From NCBI GenBank assembly GCA_047285805.1, contig JBJBCN010000003.1, positions 416,001 through 480,000 on the forward strand: a DNA stretch of 64,000 bases. The letters run 5' to 3'. Position numbers and translations under genes: made by a program. The stretch's first letter is position 1; the number at the start of each line of letters is the position of its first letter. The notes beneath the pieces were generated by a model. That model was not told the DNA's origin. It saw only the letters and a list, made by a program, of their open reading frames with translations, and did not search any database. Shown piece after piece: positions 9,852 through 21,566 of this stretch. The stretch comes from Synechococcus sp. Its GTDB lineage: Bacteria; Cyanobacteriota; Cyanobacteriia; PCC-6307; Cyanobiaceae.

Positions 9852-11681
9852 TTACGTAGCCTGTGTGAATTCAGTCCCCTCGGCTGAGTGCCGTGTACTT
9901 CCCCCAAGCTCGAATGCATTGTGTACAGCTTGGAGCGCTTTGATTCCCTCACCTTCGGGCACCACGCAGCTCGTGCGGATTTCGCTGGTGGCGATCATCT
10001 CGATGTTGATCTGAGCGATAGCTAGGGCGCGGAACATCCGGCCAGCGGTTCCAGCGGTGCAGGGCATGCCCGCACCGACGGCACTTATCCGGGCGATGGC
10101 CATCCCTTCTTCAAATCTGGCCCCTGCCCACTGGTTTAGTAGCGGTTGTAGGGCTGCTTTGGCTCTTCCGAGGTCCTCGCGCTTGAGGCAGAAGCCCATG
10201 TCTCGACTGACGTGTTCGCCGGAGCCGCGGGTCCGCTCGGATTGCACGATCGCGTCCAGGCTGACGCCGGCGTCGGCCAGGGCCCGGCAGACCGCTGCGG
10301 CCGTTCCTGGCTTATCGGGAATGCGGCGTACTGCCACTTGGGCTTGATCCCGATCGAGCGCAACACCGCGCACCTCAGGTTGGCCGGACCCGGAGGGGGT
10401 GGGATTGAGATGCAGATGGCGTTCGCTCAGCTCAAAGCAGTGGGCTGCCGCCTGCAGGGCCTTGTTACCTTGATGTCCGGCGACCAGGCAGCTCACCTTG
10501 ACTTCGCTGGTGGCGATCAGACGCAGGTTGATGCCGCCCTTGGCCAAGGTGTCGAATAGGCGCGCGGCCACGCCGGGCCGACCCATGATTCCGGCCCCAG
10601 CAATGCTGAGTTTGGCCATCCCGGCCTGGGTGCTCAGGGTGGCCCCAGCCGCCTTGGCATCCATGGAGTCCAGGAGGCTCAGGCAGACCGCCTTCGCATC
10701 GTCCAGTTGCGCCTCCGCCACGGTGAAGGCGATGTCGTTGCTACTGCCTTCGTGGGTGGACTGAACAATCAGATCCACGCTTAAGCCCGCATTGGAGAGG
10801 GCTTCAAACAGTTGAGCGGCGACCCCAGGGCGATCGGGCACGTGGGAGAGCGCGAGAACGGCCTGATCGGTCTCCAGCTCCGCCCCATCCACTGGCTTGC
10901 CCAGCTCCAGTCCTTCACCGCTACCCCGATGGCTGGTGCTGTCGCTCGTGAGCAACGTACCCGGGGCATCGCTCCAGCTCGAGCGCACCACCAGAGGTAC
11001 GCCGTAGTTCCGGGCGATCTCGACAGCCCTTGGATGCAAGACAGCGGCGCCGAGGCTTGCCAGTTCGAGCATCTCGTCGCAGGTCACCGTCTCCATCAGT
11101 TGGGCATCGGCCACCTTGCGCGGATCGGTGGTCAGGACGCCGGGGACATCGGTGTAGATCTCGCAGGCATCAGCATCGATGGCTGCTGCCAAGGCCACGG
11201 CTGAAGTGTCGGAGCCGCCGCGGCCCAGGGTGGTGATCTCGGGAACCCCCGAGAGGCTGTTGCTGGTGCCCTGGAATCCGGCGACCACCACGACGTTGCC
11301 GTCATCCAGGAGCCGGCGCACCCGCTCAGTTTTGATCTCGAGGATCCTGGCTCGGCCGTGGGCTGATTCGGTGAGGATCCCGACCTGGGGACCTGTCATC
11401 GAGATTGCCGGGATGCCCTGCGCGTGGAGGGCCATCGAGAGCAGCGCGATCGAGACTTGCTCGCCGGTGGCCAGCAGCATGTCCATCTCCCGCTGAGGTG
11501 GGTTATTGCTGATCGCCTGGGCCAGTCCAGTGAGCTCATCGGTGGTGTGACCCATGGCCGACACCACGATCACCAGATCGTTCCCGTCTTCCTTGCTGGC
11601 GGCAATGCGCTTGGCCACAGCCTGGATGCGCTCCACATCGGCCACGGAGGTGCCGCCGAATTTCTGGACCAGCAGGGCCAT
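9852..11681 (-). CDS. lysC: Aspartate kinase (cyanobacterial, four ACT domains)
   Basis: [28 protein letters not shown], repeated TSEVK/TSEIR ACT motifs. Confidence 0.97.
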   Translation of the reverse strand: MALLVQKFGGTSVADVERIQAVAKRIAASKEDGNDLVIVVSAMGHTTDELTGLAQAISNNPPQREMDMLLATGEQVSIALLSMALHAQGIPAISMTGPQVGILTESAHGRARILEIKTERVRRLLDDGNVVVVAGFQGTSNSLSGVPEITTLGRGGSDTSAVALAAAIDADACEIYTDVPGVLTTDPRKVADAQLMETVTCDEMLELASLGAAVLHPRAVEIARNYGVPLVVRSSWSDAPGTLLTSDSTSHRGSGEGLELGKPVDGAELETDQAVLALSHVPDRPGVAAQLFEALSNAGLSVDLIVQSTHEGSSNDIAFTVAEAQLDDAKAVCLSLLDSMDAKAAGATLSTQAGMAKLSIAGAGIMGRPGVAARLFDTLAKGGINLRLIATSEVKVSCLVAGHQGNKALQAAAHCFELSERHLHLNPTPSGSGQPEVRGVALDRDQAQVAVRRIPDKPGTAAAVCRALADAGVSLDAIVQSERTRGSGEHVSRDMGFCLKREDLGRAKAALQPLLNQWAGARFEEGMAIARISAVGAGMPCTAGTAGRMFRALAIAQINIEMIATSEIRTSCVVPEGEGIKALQAVHNAFELGGSTRHSAEGTEFTQAT

Positions 11682-11713
11682 GGGTGGGCGCGAGTGCGGA
11701 ATCGACGATTGTC

Positions 11714-12694
11714 CTATGGCGCCAGCAGGAACCCGTCCCGGAAGGCATCACCGGGGTTGATTCCCCGCTTCAGGCGGGCCTCCACCTCCAGGAGTTGACG
11801 CAGCAGGAGGAGAAATCGTTCCGGTTTGCGCCCTCGGATCTGTTTGCGCATCACGTAGATCCGTTTGGGATTGCCGATTCCGGCGGCCTTGGCGATGGCA
11901 TTGACATCGTCTTCCCCTTGCTGATCGAGCAGGCTCACCCAGAGCCAACCCCGGATCTGCCCGCACAGGGTGGCCACGATCCGTAGGGCCGGTTCATTGG
12001 CCGCCAGCAGGACATCCACCAGGGCCACCGCTTCGGCGGGAGCACCCGCCAGGAGCGCATCGCCCACTTGCAGCGCATTGGTGGCCTGGCTGCCAATCAG
12101 GGCTTCGACTGCTTGAGCGGTGATTGCCTGCCCTGCTCCGACATAGAGGGACAGTTTTTCCAGTTCGTTAGCCAGCCTGGCGCTATCGCTGCCGATGGCA
12201 TCGCTCAGGGCTTGGGCGGCCTCGGCTTGAAGCTTCAGTCCCAGCTCTTGGGCCGTGCGTTGCACCAAGTCCACCTGCCCGGATCCATCCCAGATCGCCG
12301 GCAGTTGAAAGCTGCGCTCTTTGGCTTCCCCGCTTTTGACCAGTTTTTGAAGGGCTTTGGTGGTCTTGAGCCGCCCATCCGGTTTGGCAGCGTTGACCAG
12401 CACCAAATGGCATTGCTCCGCCACCAGGTTCAGCGTGGCCTCCAGTTGCTCCGCCAGATCAGCAGGGCAATGGTTGCAAAAGGGGCTGCGCTGCAAAACG
12501 ATCACGCGATCCCCAGCTCCAAAGGGGGCCGTTCGCGCTTCCTCCAAGGCTTGGGTGGCGTGGTTGGCATCGTTGCCGTCCAGACGGCTGAGGTTGATGC
12601 TTTGCCACGAGGGATCCACCTGGCTGTTGACCAGCGCTTCGACGGCCCGGCTGCGCGCGGCTTCGTCGTCACCCCAGATCAGATGGATCGGCAT
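11714..12694 (-). CDS. holA: DNA polymerase III delta subunit
   Basis: [20 protein letters not shown], cyanobacterial GIGNPKRIY motif. Confidence 0.93.
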   Translation of the reverse strand: MPIHLIWGDDEAARSRAVEALVNSQVDPSWQSINLSRLDGNDANHATQALEEARTAPFGAGDRVIVLQRSPFCNHCPADLAEQLEATLNLVAEQCHLVLVNAAKPDGRLKTTKALQKLVKSGEAKERSFQLPAIWDGSGQVDLVQRTAQELGLKLQAEAAQALSDAIGSDSARLANELEKLSLYVGAGQAITAQAVEALIGSQATNALQVGDALLAGAPAEAVALVDVLLAANEPALRIVATLCGQIRGWLWVSLLDQQGEDDVNAIAKAAGIGNPKRIYVMRKQIRGRKPERFLLLLRQLLEVEARLKRGINPGDAFRDGFLLAP

Positions 12695-13377
12695 GGCAGC
12701 ACCGGGTGCAGTGCAGTTTGCGCCAGATCTCCATCGGCTGTGACCAAGACGGCCACTTCGTTCTGAATGGCCGTTGCCAGTTCGATGGCTTGGTTGAGGT
12801 CCAGCTCCGGTTCTTGTTGTTGGAGACGGCTGGCGGCCAGAGCCAGGCTCCCATCGAGCGGCACCTGAAGCCAGTGTCTTGGGTTGGCAAAGGCGGCGCT
12901 GTAGCGCAAGGCACGGGCTTCATCCCCTTGGCTCAGGGCAGCGTCCATGACCGTAATCAGGCTGATGCTGCTGATGACCCCTTGCCAGCTCCCCTGAGCG
13001 ATGCCTTGAAGGATGGGCTCCAGCACCTGGCTGGTGTGTGGGTCGTCCTGCAAAAAGGCCACAAGCGCGCTGCCATCCAGTCCGATGCGGCTGCCGGGGC
13101 CCAGTTGTCGGGCTTGGAAGCGGGCTTTTGCATGGGCTCCCCCAGGCACCCGTTGGGGTGTGCTTCGCTTCTGGGCACTGCCCTTGAGGCTCAGCAGGTT
13201 CTCCATCGCCTCTTGGCTGCTGGTGCCACCCGCCGCGTCCTGCAGGGGAACGATGGCCGCCAGATCCTGGCGGTGGCGTTGGATGACCAGCCGCTCACCC
13301 TTTGAGGCTCGCACCAGCAGTTCTGGGAAGCGCTGACGGGCCTCTTGCACTCCAAACCGCTCCACCCCACTCATCAC
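12679..13377 (-). CDS. Fused Phd/YefM antitoxin-like domain and degenerate PIN (VapC-like) domain
   Basis: aa about 5-46 (GVQEARQRFPELLVRASKGERLVIQRHRQDLAAIVP) fit Phd/YefM. aa about 98-225 (IGLDGS...VISSISL...AIELATA...LVTADGDL) fit a PIN fold. Confidence 0.85.
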   Translation of the reverse strand: MMSGVERFGVQEARQRFPELLVRASKGERLVIQRHRQDLAAIVPLQDAAGGTSSQEAMENLLSLKGSAQKRSTPQRVPGGAHAKARFQARQLGPGSRIGLDGSALVAFLQDDPHTSQVLEPILQGIAQGSWQGVISSISLITVMDAALSQGDEARALRYSAAFANPRHWLQVPLDGSLALAASRLQQQEPELDLNQAIELATAIQNEVAVLVTADGDLAQTALHPVLPCRSI

Positions 13378-13398
13378 TCTGCACAGTCTGTACAGAGT
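13376..13398. promoter_or_regulatory. Palindromic operator candidate for the Phd/YefM-like domain
   Basis: ACTCTGCACAGTCTGTACAGAGT is a 23-bp inverted repeat with one mismatched pair. It contains perfect TCTGTACAGA (13387-13396) and abuts the start codon. Confidence 0.65.
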
Positions 13399-13423
13399 CT
13401 GTCATCCGGGCATGCTTGTCCTT

Positions 13424-14059
13424 ATGGGATTCGACCATCCGATCTTCAGCGAGAGCCTGCGCTTGATCGAAGCCGCCCTGCCTGAAGGGGCCTTGCAGGG
13501 GTTGTCGGTTCCAGAACGGGATGTCCTACTGCGTTTGATCCATAGCAGTGGTGATTTGAGCTTGGTGTCCGGGGTGTCCTTCTCCCATCAGGCTTGTGAG
13601 CGGGGTCTGCGGGCCCTCAGTGTCCAGGTGCCGATCCTGACGGACACCGCGATGGCGGCGGCGGCCGTGGCTCCGATGGCCCGCCGGACCTTCGGGAATG
13701 TGGTGCGCAGTGTCTTGGATTGGGCTCCCGAGCAGGCCCCCAAGGACGGGACCCGAGCGGCGCTGGGAATGCAGGAAGCTTTGCGTTCTCACCCTGGAGC
13801 TATCGTGTTGATCGGTAGTGCGCCAACGGCTCTTGAGCTCTTGCTTGAGCAGGTCCACAGCAGCCAGGTGGCGCCTCCTGCGTTGGTGATCGGGATGCCC
13901 GTCGGCTTTGTCGGCGTCGCCGAGAGCAAGGCTCGTCTAGCGGCCAGTGAGTTGCCTCAAATCCGACTGGATGGCAGCCGCGGTGGCGCTGGCTTGGTTG
14001 CTGCTGCCGTCAATGCCCTGTTGCGCCGGGCTTGGTTCGATCAGGCGGCGTCGGCTTGA
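13424..14059 (+). CDS. cobH: Precorrin-8X methylmutase
   Basis: [44 protein letters not shown]. Confidence 0.95.
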   Translation: MGFDHPIFSESLRLIEAALPEGALQGLSVPERDVLLRLIHSSGDLSLVSGVSFSHQACERGLRALSVQVPILTDTAMAAAAVAPMARRTFGNVVRSVLDWAPEQAPKDGTRAALGMQEALRSHPGAIVLIGSAPTALELLLEQVHSSQVAPPALVIGMPVGFVGVAESKARLAASELPQIRLDGSRGGAGLVAAAVNALLRRAWFDQAASA

Positions 14060-16830
14060 ACGCTGACGTGGCTGTTGGCTTCAATCCGGCTCAAAACCTG
14101 ACGGGCACGCAGCACCACCGGGGCTGGCACGCCGGCGAGCCGAGCGGCTTCGATGCCGTAACTGCGGTTGGCGCCGCCGTTCACGACCCGATGCAGGAAG
14201 CGCAGGGTTGAGCCGGTGTCTTCCACCAGCACCTGGGCGTTTTCAACGTTGCCGCGCTGCTCGGCTAGCTCGTTGAGCTCGTGATAGTGGGTCGCAAAGA
14301 TGCTGCGGGCGCCGATGTCGCCGGAGAGGTACTCCGCCACAGCCCAGGCGATCGACAGGCCATCGAAGGTGGCGGTTCCCCGCCCGATTTCATCGAGTAA
14401 CACAAGGGACTGGCTGCTGGCGTGGTGAAGGATGTTGGCCGTCTCGGCCATCTCGACCATGAAGGTGGATTGGCCCGCCGTTAGGTCATCGCCCGCCCCC
14501 ACCCGGGTGAAGATGCGATCGGCGATCCCCAGCCGTGCAGAGTCAGCCGGGATCCAGCTGCCGATCTGAGCCATCAGCTGCAGCAGGCCGGTTTGGCGCA
14601 GGTAGCAGCTCTTGCCGCTGGCGTTGGGCCCCGTGAGCACCACCAGGTCACAGCCCTCGCCGAGGCCCACGTCATTGGGGGTGAAGGCCTCGTCCACCAG
14701 CAGTTGCTCCACCACGGGGTGGCGTCCCCCTTGGATCTCCAGGCAGCGACTGCCAGGGACCAGTTTCGGCTTGCAGTACCCGCAGGTGGCCGCTACTTCC
14801 GCTAGTGAGGCCAGTGCATCCAGTTCAGCGACGAGCCGTGCGGCGAAGCGAATTGGCCCGGCCTGCTCGCCCACTTGCTGACGCAGCTGGCAAAACAGCT
14901 CGTATTCCCGCTGTGCAGCACGGGCTTTCAGCTGGAAGATCCGACCTTCGCGGCTCTTGAGCTCTGGAGTGACGAAGCGCTCTTCGTTCGCCAAGGTCTG
15001 CCGGCGAATCCAGTGCTCCGGCAAGTCTTTGGCCTTGGACTTACTGACGGAGAGGAAGTAGCCAAAGGTGCGGTGGTACTGGAGTTTCAGGGTGCTGATC
15101 CCGCTGTTCAGCCGTTCCGCCTGCTCCTGCTCGGCCAGCCAGGCGTCCTGGTCATCCAGCTGGTTGCGCAGACCATCGAGTTGTGGGTCCACGCCGTCGT
15201 GGATCAGTTCTCCCTCCGTCAGGGTCAACGGTGGGGTCTCCAGCAACTGATGCCGCAGTTCAGCAGCGAGTGCATCGAGTTCCTCCCATGGCCGAGCCAG
15301 TGCCATCAGCGGAGCACTGGTGACCTCTCCCAACAGGCCAGCCAGGGCCGGGAGTCGTTCCAGACCACCCGCTAAGGCCACGAGATCCCGGGCGGATGCG
15401 GTTCCCGCGCCGGCCCGTCCGGCGAGCCGCTCCAGATCCCCCATGGGCCTCAGCAGGCGGCGCACCCCCAGCCGCAAGCTGCGGGCCTGACTGCCGCTCA
15501 CCAGTTCCCCAATCGCATCTTGGCGGGAGCGGATCAGCTCGAGATCCACAAGGGGAGCCTCGATCCAGCGTCGCAGGCATCGGCCCCCCATGGCCGTCAT
15601 CGTCCGGTCCAGGGTCCACAGCAGTGACCCCTGGAGACCCCCCCCCAACTGCGTCTTGGTGAGTTCGAGATTGCGCTGGGTCGCTGCGTCGAGCACCAGC
15701 TGATCGCTAGCACTCCAGCTGGTGGGCAACTCCAGGGGGATCTTGTGGCCCGGCTGGGTATCGCTCAGGTAGCGGAGTAGCCCTCCAGCAGCCCGCAGGG
15801 CCAAGGGGGTTTCGCCCAACCCCAAGCCATCAACGCTGGCCAGTCCAAAGCGCTCCAGCACGGTGGCTTTCGACTCATTGAGCGCAAAAGGAGTGCGGCT
15901 TAAGGGCGTCAGTTGCAGGGAGATTGGACACCAAGCAGGACGTTCGCTCCCGCTTTCGGGGTTCGGCCAGAGCACCTCAGCGGCCTCGACCTGCAGCAGT
16001 TCCTGGTGGAGTTGGTCACTGCCCTCCTGCTCGGTCACCCGGAATTCGCCCGTGCTCACGTCGGCGATCGCGAGGCCCCAACGCTCTTGGTCGCACACCA
16101 CCGCGCAGAGCCAGTTGTTGCGGCGCGCGCTGAGCATCCCCTCCTCAAGCACCGTGCCTGGGGTCAGCACCCGTGTGATTTCCCGTTTCAGTAAGGCAGG
16201 CTTTCCGGCGCGTTTGCTACGTTCAGCTGCTTCTTCAACTTGGTCGCAGAGGGCCACGCTGAAGCCACGGCCCACCAGATCGGCGCAGTACCGCTCGGCC
16301 GCGTGATGGGGAATGCCCGCCATTGGCACCCGCCCGATCGCTTTGCCCCCTTCTTTTCCCGTCAGGGTCAACTCCAGCAGCCGGGAGAGGGCAATCGCAT
16401 CCTCGAAAAAGCATTCGAAAAAGTCACCGAGCCGGTAGAGCAAGACCCGCTCCGGATGCTCCGCTTTCAGTTCGACGTAGTGGCGCAGCATCGGCGTGAG
16501 CTGCTCGCGATCCACGAGGCTGTGGTGGTGCCAGGGGGGTAGGTCGTCGTTGCTGCTGGCCTGCTCCTGGCTGTTCTCGGGTTCCTGGGGAGTGGTGGTT
16601 CGTTGGCGAGTGCGGGGCCTCGACTTGGCATCCCGCGCAAGGGTCTCTTGGTCCAGCTCTGAAGCGGCTTCCTCGCGAGGCGGGGCTTTCTTGGCCTCTT
16701 GTTCAAGTCCGAACAGCGAGCCCTGCAGTGCCAACTCGGTTTGGTCGGCCACAGGCAGTCTGTCTTGAACGCGGCCAGATCGTAGGCGCGCCACAACTTG
16801 TGAAGGAACCCCAGACCGCTTCGCTGACAC
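14041..16830 (-). CDS. mutS: DNA mismatch repair protein MutS
   Basis: [61 protein letters not shown]. Exact start uncertain. Confidence 0.97.
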   Translation of the reverse strand: MSAKRSGVPSQVVARLRSGRVQDRLPVADQTELALQGSLFGLEQEAKKAPPREEAASELDQETLARDAKSRPRTRQRTTTPQEPENSQEQASSNDDLPPWHHHSLVDREQLTPMLRHYVELKAEHPERVLLYRLGDFFECFFEDAIALSRLLELTLTGKEGGKAIGRVPMAGIPHHAAERYCADLVGRGFSVALCDQVEEAAERSKRAGKPALLKREITRVLTPGTVLEEGMLSARRNNWLCAVVCDQERWGLAIADVSTGEFRVTEQEGSDQLHQELLQVEAAEVLWPNPESGSERPAWCPISLQLTPLSRTPFALNESKATVLERFGLASVDGLGLGETPLALRAAGGLLRYLSDTQPGHKIPLELPTSWSASDQLVLDAATQRNLELTKTQLGGGLQGSLLWTLDRTMTAMGGRCLRRWIEAPLVDLELIRSRQDAIGELVSGSQARSLRLGVRRLLRPMGDLERLAGRAGAGTASARDLVALAGGLERLPALAGLLGEVTSAPLMALARPWEELDALAAELRHQLLETPPLTLTEGELIHDGVDPQLDGLRNQLDDQDAWLAEQEQAERLNSGISTLKLQYHRTFGYFLSVSKSKAKDLPEHWIRRQTLANEERFVTPELKSREGRIFQLKARAAQREYELFCQLRQQVGEQAGPIRFAARLVAELDALASLAEVAATCGYCKPKLVPGSRCLEIQGGRHPVVEQLLVDEAFTPNDVGLGEGCDLVVLTGPNASGKSCYLRQTGLLQLMAQIGSWIPADSARLGIADRIFTRVGAGDDLTAGQSTFMVEMAETANILHHASSQSLVLLDEIGRGTATFDGLSIAWAVAEYLSGDIGARSIFATHYHELNELAEQRGNVENAQVLVEDTGSTLRFLHRVVNGGANRSYGIEAARLAGVPAPVVLRARQVLSRIEANSHVSVQADAA

Positions 16831-16883
16831 CAGGAACCAGCGTGGGAGAATTCCTTGACTGACGGGACGCCACCACCAGCTCC

Positions 16884-17072
16884 ATGACGATCCTCAACAC
16901 CCTTTCAGTCCTGGCCCTGGTGGTGATGTCCTTTGCTCTGATCGTTGCCGTCCCCGTTCTGTACGCGAGCGATGACACCAGCGGTCGCTCCAACCGCCTG
17001 ATCCTGCTGGGCAGCATCGCTTGGGTCGCCCTGGTGCTGGTCAACTGGGGTATGAGTTTCTTTGTGGTCTGA
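16884..17072 (+). CDS. psbZ: Photosystem II protein Z
   Basis: 62 aa with two TM helices, [20 protein letters not shown]. Confidence 0.93.
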   Translation: MTILNTLSVLALVVMSFALIVAVPVLYASDDTSGRSNRLILLGSIAWVALVLVNWGMSFFVV

Positions 17073-17115
17073 TCGGGCCTCTGCTTAGGCTGAGCGAACC
17101 GCGAGCTCAGCTGAC

Positions 17116-17598
17116 GTGACCGTTTTTGAAGGGCAGTTTTCTGGCGCGTCCGGATTGCGGATAGCCATTGTTGTTGCCCGTTTCAACGATTTGGTGACGG
17201 CGAAGCTGCTGAGCGGCTGCCTGGATTGCCTGTCGCGCCACGGCATTGATATCTGCGACAACAGCGCCCAGCTGGACGTGGCTTGGGTGCCGGGCAGCTT
17301 TGAAATTCCCTTGGTGGCTCAGCGCCTGGCTGTTTCCGGCCGCTACCAAGTCCTGATCACCTTGGGAGCGGTGATTCGCGGTGACACTCCCCACTTCGAT
17401 GTGGTGGTCTCTGAGGTCAGCAAAGGTGTTGCGGCAGTCAGTCGCGATTCCGGCGTGCCCGTGATCTTTGGCGTCCTTACCACCGACACGATGCAGCAGG
17501 CATTGGAGCGCGCTGGCATCAAGAGCAACCTGGGCTGGAGCTATGGCCTGCAGGCGATCGAGATGGGCAGCCTGATGGCCTCTTTGCCCCAGGCTTAG
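17116..17598 (+). CDS. ribH: 6,7-dimethyl-8-ribityllumazine synthase
   Basis: [38 protein letters not shown]. Confidence 0.97.
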   Translation: MTVFEGQFSGASGLRIAIVVARFNDLVTAKLLSGCLDCLSRHGIDICDNSAQLDVAWVPGSFEIPLVAQRLAVSGRYQVLITLGAVIRGDTPHFDVVVSEVSKGVAAVSRDSGVPVIFGVLTTDTMQQALERAGIKSNLGWSYGLQAIEMGSLMASLPQA

Positions 17599-18050
17599 TT
17601 GTCTCGGCGCATCAGCCGCTGTCCCGCGACCTCCACAAACCCCAGCTGCTGGTAGAAGCCGGAGCTGTTGGTGGTCATCAGATAGACCCTCTCCACCCCT
17701 TTGAGTTGGCGGGAGTTGGCCAGGGCTTCCACCAGCTGACGGCCCAGACCCTTCCCCTGGAGGTCTTCGGGGATGACCACATCCCAGAGCACGGCCCGGT
17801 AGATACCATCGCTGGTGGCACGGCCAAAGCCCACGAGGCGCTTACCCCGCCACAGGCTGGCGACCGCTACGCTCCCCTTGAGCATGCGTCGCAGCTCCTC
17901 AATTGAGCGGTTCTCGGCCCAGAAGGCGTGCTGATTGAACAGACGCTGCAGCTTGAACAGGCCACGGGTGGGTCTCCAACCCGGCCCCATCCCGAGCCAG
18001 CACAGTCCTGGAGCACCCGGGGCATGCAGGATCAGCCTGGTCCCTTCCAT
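17595..18050 (-). CDS. GNAT family acetyltransferase
   Basis: [15 protein letters not shown]...QGKGLG (acetyl-CoA motif A), FYQQLGF. Confidence 0.88.
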   Translation of the reverse strand: MEGTRLILHAPGAPGLCWLGMGPGWRPTRGLFKLQRLFNQHAFWAENRSIEELRRMLKGSVAVASLWRGKRLVGFGRATSDGIYRAVLWDVVIPEDLQGKGLGRQLVEALANSRQLKGVERVYLMTTNSSGFYQQLGFVEVAGQRLMRRDN

Positions 18051-18079
18051 GCCAACATCCTCCCAGCGGGCGGACAACC

Positions 18080-18970
18080 TTGGCTCAGGAGCGCAAGGGC
18101 ATCATTCTCGCCGGCGGTTCGGGAACGCGGCTTCATCCGATCACCCAGGCGGTGAGCAAACAGTTGTTGCCCGTTTACGACAAGCCGATGATTTATTACC
18201 CCCTCAGCACGTTGATGCTGGCGGGGATTCGTGAGGTCTTGGTAATCACCACCCCCCACGATCAAGCCGCGTTCGAGCGGTTGCTCGGGGACGGTTCGGC
18301 CTGGGGAATGCAGATCAGCTATGCCGTGCAACCGAGCCCCGACGGATTGGCCCAGGCGTTCTTGATTGGTGAGGCGTTTCTGGCGGGGGCTCCGGCCGCC
18401 CTTGTGCTGGGGGACAACCTCTTCCATGGCCACGACCTGCTCTTCCAGCTGCGCAGCAGCAACGCTTCTCACCAGGGCGCCACGGTCTTTGCCTATCCGG
18501 TCCGTGATCCGGAGCGCTACGGGGTCGTTGAATTTGCCGCCGACGGCCAGGTCCTCAGCATTGAGGAAAAACCAGCCAACCCCAAGTCCCGTTATGCGGT
18601 GACGGGCCTCTACTTCTATGACGACACCGTTGTGGAGCGGTCGAAGCGGGTGGTGCCTTCAGCGCGGGGTGAGTTGGAGATCACGGATCTCAATGGCCAG
18701 TACCTGCTGGACGGTCAGTTGCAGGTGGAGCTGATGGGCCGGGGCATGGCTTGGCTGGACACCGGCACCTGTGACTCGCTCCACGAGGCAGGGAGCTACA
18801 TCCGCACTCTCGAGCATCGCCAGGGCCTGAAGGTGGGTTGCCCAGAGGAGGTGGCCTGGCGCATGGGCTGGATCAGCGCCGATCAACTGGATACGTTGGC
18901 TCAGCCTCTGCGCAAGAGCGGCTACGGCGACTATTTGCTGCAGCTGCTGGAGTATGCCGATGCAGGCTGA
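18080..18970 (+). CDS. rfbA: Glucose-1-phosphate thymidylyltransferase
   Basis: [51 protein letters not shown]. Confidence 0.97.
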   Translation: MAQERKGIILAGGSGTRLHPITQAVSKQLLPVYDKPMIYYPLSTLMLAGIREVLVITTPHDQAAFERLLGDGSAWGMQISYAVQPSPDGLAQAFLIGEAFLAGAPAALVLGDNLFHGHDLLFQLRSSNASHQGATVFAYPVRDPERYGVVEFAADGQVLSIEEKPANPKSRYAVTGLYFYDDTVVERSKRVVPSARGELEITDLNGQYLLDGQLQVELMGRGMAWLDTGTCDSLHEAGSYIRTLEHRQGLKVGCPEEVAWRMGWISADQLDTLAQPLRKSGYGDYLLQLLEYADAG

Positions 18971-19550
18971 GCCTCTCGCCACGGCGGCTGGGGTCCAGCT
19001 TTTCGGGCCGCTCCTGATTACCCCCAGGGTCTATGGCGATGCCCGCGGCTTCTTCTACGAGAGCTGGAACCAACGCAACTTCAATGGCGCCCTTGAGGCG
19101 AATGGACAGACACCCGTTGCGTTCGTCCAGGACAATCATTCCTGCTCCAGTCAGGGGGTCCTGCGCGGTCTCCATTTTCAAAAGGATCCCCATGTCCAGG
19201 GGAAGTTGGTCCGTTGCATCCAGGGGGAAATCTTTGATGTGGCGGTCGATTGCCGCCAGTCCTCGTCCACGTTTGGCCAGTGGGTCAGCGCCCGCTTGAG
19301 CAGTGAGAACCAGCAGCAGCTCTGGGTGCCTGCCGGCTTTGCCCATGGTTTTTTGACTCTGAGCGCCCAGGCTGAGGTCCTCTACAAGACCACTGATTTC
19401 TGGGACCGAGACAGTGAGCGCTCGCTGCTTTGGAGCGATCTCGATCTGGCCATTGCTTGGCCACAGTCCACAGAGCCTCTTTTGGCTGAGAAAGACGCAG
19501 CAGCACCCACTTGGCAGACGCTAATCGCTGCAGGGGATGGCTTCCAGTGA
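18960..19550 (+). CDS. rfbC: dTDP-4-dehydrorhamnose 3,5-epimerase
   Basis: [39 protein letters not shown]. Confidence 0.96.
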   Translation: MQAEPLATAAGVQLFGPLLITPRVYGDARGFFYESWNQRNFNGALEANGQTPVAFVQDNHSCSSQGVLRGLHFQKDPHVQGKLVRCIQGEIFDVAVDCRQSSSTFGQWVSARLSSENQQQLWVPAGFAHGFLTLSAQAEVLYKTTDFWDRDSERSLLWSDLDLAIAWPQSTEPLLAEKDAAAPTWQTLIAAGDGFQ

Positions 19551-20431
19551 AGGTCCTCTTGACCGGCGCGGCGGGTCAGCTTGGCCAAGCCTTGATCGCA
19601 GCTTGCCCTGTGGGTATCCAACTGCTCCCGTGTCGGCGCAATGAGTTGGATCTGTCGGATCAGGACGCTTGCCGCTGCCTTGTGCGAGAACATCAACCGC
19701 ATTGGGTGCTTAACGCTGGGGCCTACACAGCGGTTGACCGCGCTGAGTCCGAAGCGGAGTTAGCCCATGCCGTGAATGCCTTGGCCCCAGCTGCCCTGGC
19801 CGAAGCCCTGGCCGATCACGGTGGCCGTCTGCTTCACCTGAGCACCGACTTTGTTTTCAATGGCCAGCAGGGTTCTCCCTATCGCCCTGGGCAAGCGGCC
19901 GATCCCCTCGGGGTTTATGGCAGCACCAAGGCGGCTGGTGAAGCCGCTGTTCTGGGCTACGGCGGCACCCGGGTTCTGCGCACCAGCTGGGTGTATGGAC
20001 CGGTGGGCAGCAATTTCTGCCTCACGATGCTTCGCCTGTTGGCTGAACGGGAGCAGTTGGGTGTCGTGGCTGATCAGGTGGGATGTCCGACGTCCACCCT
20101 GGGACTTGCTCAAGCCTGTTGGCGGGTGCTTGTTCTCGAGGAGAGCGCTCCGCGGATCCTGCACTGGAGCGATGCCGGTGCAGCCAGTTGGTACGACTTC
20201 GCGGTGGCCATTGCTGAGCTGGGACAGCAGCTGGGGCTGCTCAGTCGGGTAGCCCGGGTCAATCCGATCGGGACCGTTGACTACCCCACCTCGGCCAAGC
20301 GTCCCGCCTATTCCCTGCTCGAGTGCAGCGAGACGCGCCAGGCCTTGGCCCTGGAGCCGCAGCATTGGCGAGCGGCCCTGTCCCAGGTGCTGCTGCGCAT
20401 AACCTCCAGTCCAGCCCGCGCCTCCGCTTGA
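19547..20431 (+). CDS. rfbD: dTDP-4-dehydrorhamnose reductase
   Basis: GAAGQLG, AYTAVDRAE, STDFVF, YGSTKAAGE, RTSWVY, RPAYS. GTG start overlaps the rfbC stop. Confidence 0.96.
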   Translation: MKVLLTGAAGQLGQALIAACPVGIQLLPCRRNELDLSDQDACRCLVREHQPHWVLNAGAYTAVDRAESEAELAHAVNALAPAALAEALADHGGRLLHLSTDFVFNGQQGSPYRPGQAADPLGVYGSTKAAGEAAVLGYGGTRVLRTSWVYGPVGSNFCLTMLRLLAEREQLGVVADQVGCPTSTLGLAQACWRVLVLEESAPRILHWSDAGAASWYDFAVAIAELGQQLGLLSRVARVNPIGTVDYPTSAKRPAYSLLECSETRQALALEPQHWRAALSQVLLRITSSPARASA

Positions 20432-21537
20432 TGACGGTTTCGCTTCCCAGCTCGATCCAACGCGTGTTGGTAACTGGCGGGGCAGGATTCATTGGTGGAG
20501 CGGTGGTTCGGCGCTTGTTGGCGGAGACCAACGTCCAGGTCTTCAATCTCGATAAGTGCAGCTACGCCAGTGACCTCACCGGAATTGAGCAGTTCGGCGA
20601 GGCCGCCGCGCAGCGCCACCATTTGCTGCAGGTGGACCTCAGTGACGCTGCAGCTACCGCCGCTGCGGTGAGGCAAGCCGATCCTGATCTGATGATGCAC
20701 TTGGCCGCCGAGAGTCATGTCGATCGGTCCATTGACGGTCCGGGCGTGTTTGTCAGCAGCAACGTGCTCGGCACCTTCAACCTGCTCCAGGCGGCCCGAG
20801 CCCACTTCGAGCGGCTGCCAGCGGAGCGAGCCCAGGGCTTTTGCTTCCATCACATCAGTACCGATGAGGTCTTCGGCTCCCTGGGTGAGCAGGGGCGTTT
20901 TTCAGAGACCACGCCTTATGACCCCCATTCGCCCTACTCCGCTACCAAGGCGGCCAGTGATCACCTGGTGAGTGCCTGGTACCACACCTATGGCTTGCCC
21001 GTGGTGCTGACCAATTGCTCCAACAACTTCGGTCCCTGGCAGTTCCCGGAGAAGTTGATCCCGGTGGTGATTCTCAAGGCGGTGGCAGGGGAGCCGATTC
21101 CCCTCTACGGCGACGGCGGCAATGTGCGCGACTGGTTGTATGTGGAGGACCACGTCGATGCGCTCTTGCTGGCGGCCACCCAGGGTGAGCCCGGGCGGAG
21201 CTACTGCGTGGGGGGTTACGGCGAGCGCACCAATAAGCAGGTGGTCGAGGCCATCTGCAGCCTCTTGGATCAACGCTTGCCCCAGGGGGCTCCCCACGCC
21301 CGCTTGATCACCCCCGTCACGGACCGCCCGGGCCATGACCGCCGTTATGCCATCGATCCAGGCCACATTGAGCAGGAATTGGGGTGGAGCCCGCGTCACC
21401 CCTTTGATGCAGGGTTGGCGGCCACGGTGGATTGGTACCTCGATCACCTGGGCTGGTGCCAGGCGATGCGGCAGCGCTCCGGCTGGACGGGTGAGCGTCA
21501 AGGGCTCTCAGCTGGGCAGGGCCCTCACTCTCAGTAG
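20431..21537 (+). CDS. rfbB: dTDP-glucose 4,6-dehydratase
   Basis: [47 protein letters not shown]. Confidence 0.97.
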   Translation: MTVSLPSSIQRVLVTGGAGFIGGAVVRRLLAETNVQVFNLDKCSYASDLTGIEQFGEAAAQRHHLLQVDLSDAAATAAAVRQADPDLMMHLAAESHVDRSIDGPGVFVSSNVLGTFNLLQAARAHFERLPAERAQGFCFHHISTDEVFGSLGEQGRFSETTPYDPHSPYSATKAASDHLVSAWYHTYGLPVVLTNCSNNFGPWQFPEKLIPVVILKAVAGEPIPLYGDGGNVRDWLYVEDHVDALLLAATQGEPGRSYCVGGYGERTNKQVVEAICSLLDQRLPQGAPHARLITPVTDRPGHDRRYAIDPGHIEQELGWSPRHPFDAGLAATVDWYLDHLGWCQAMRQRSGWTGERQGLSAGQGPHSQ

Positions 21538-21566
21538 GCTGCCCGGAGCTCAAATCGGCTCTCTCC

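Noticed and set aside
13125..13145. GGGGGAG-CCC-ATG inside the Phd-PIN linker as a separate toxin start
   Set aside because: The ATG is out of frame with the PIN domain and very close to the purine run. At most it is a vestige.
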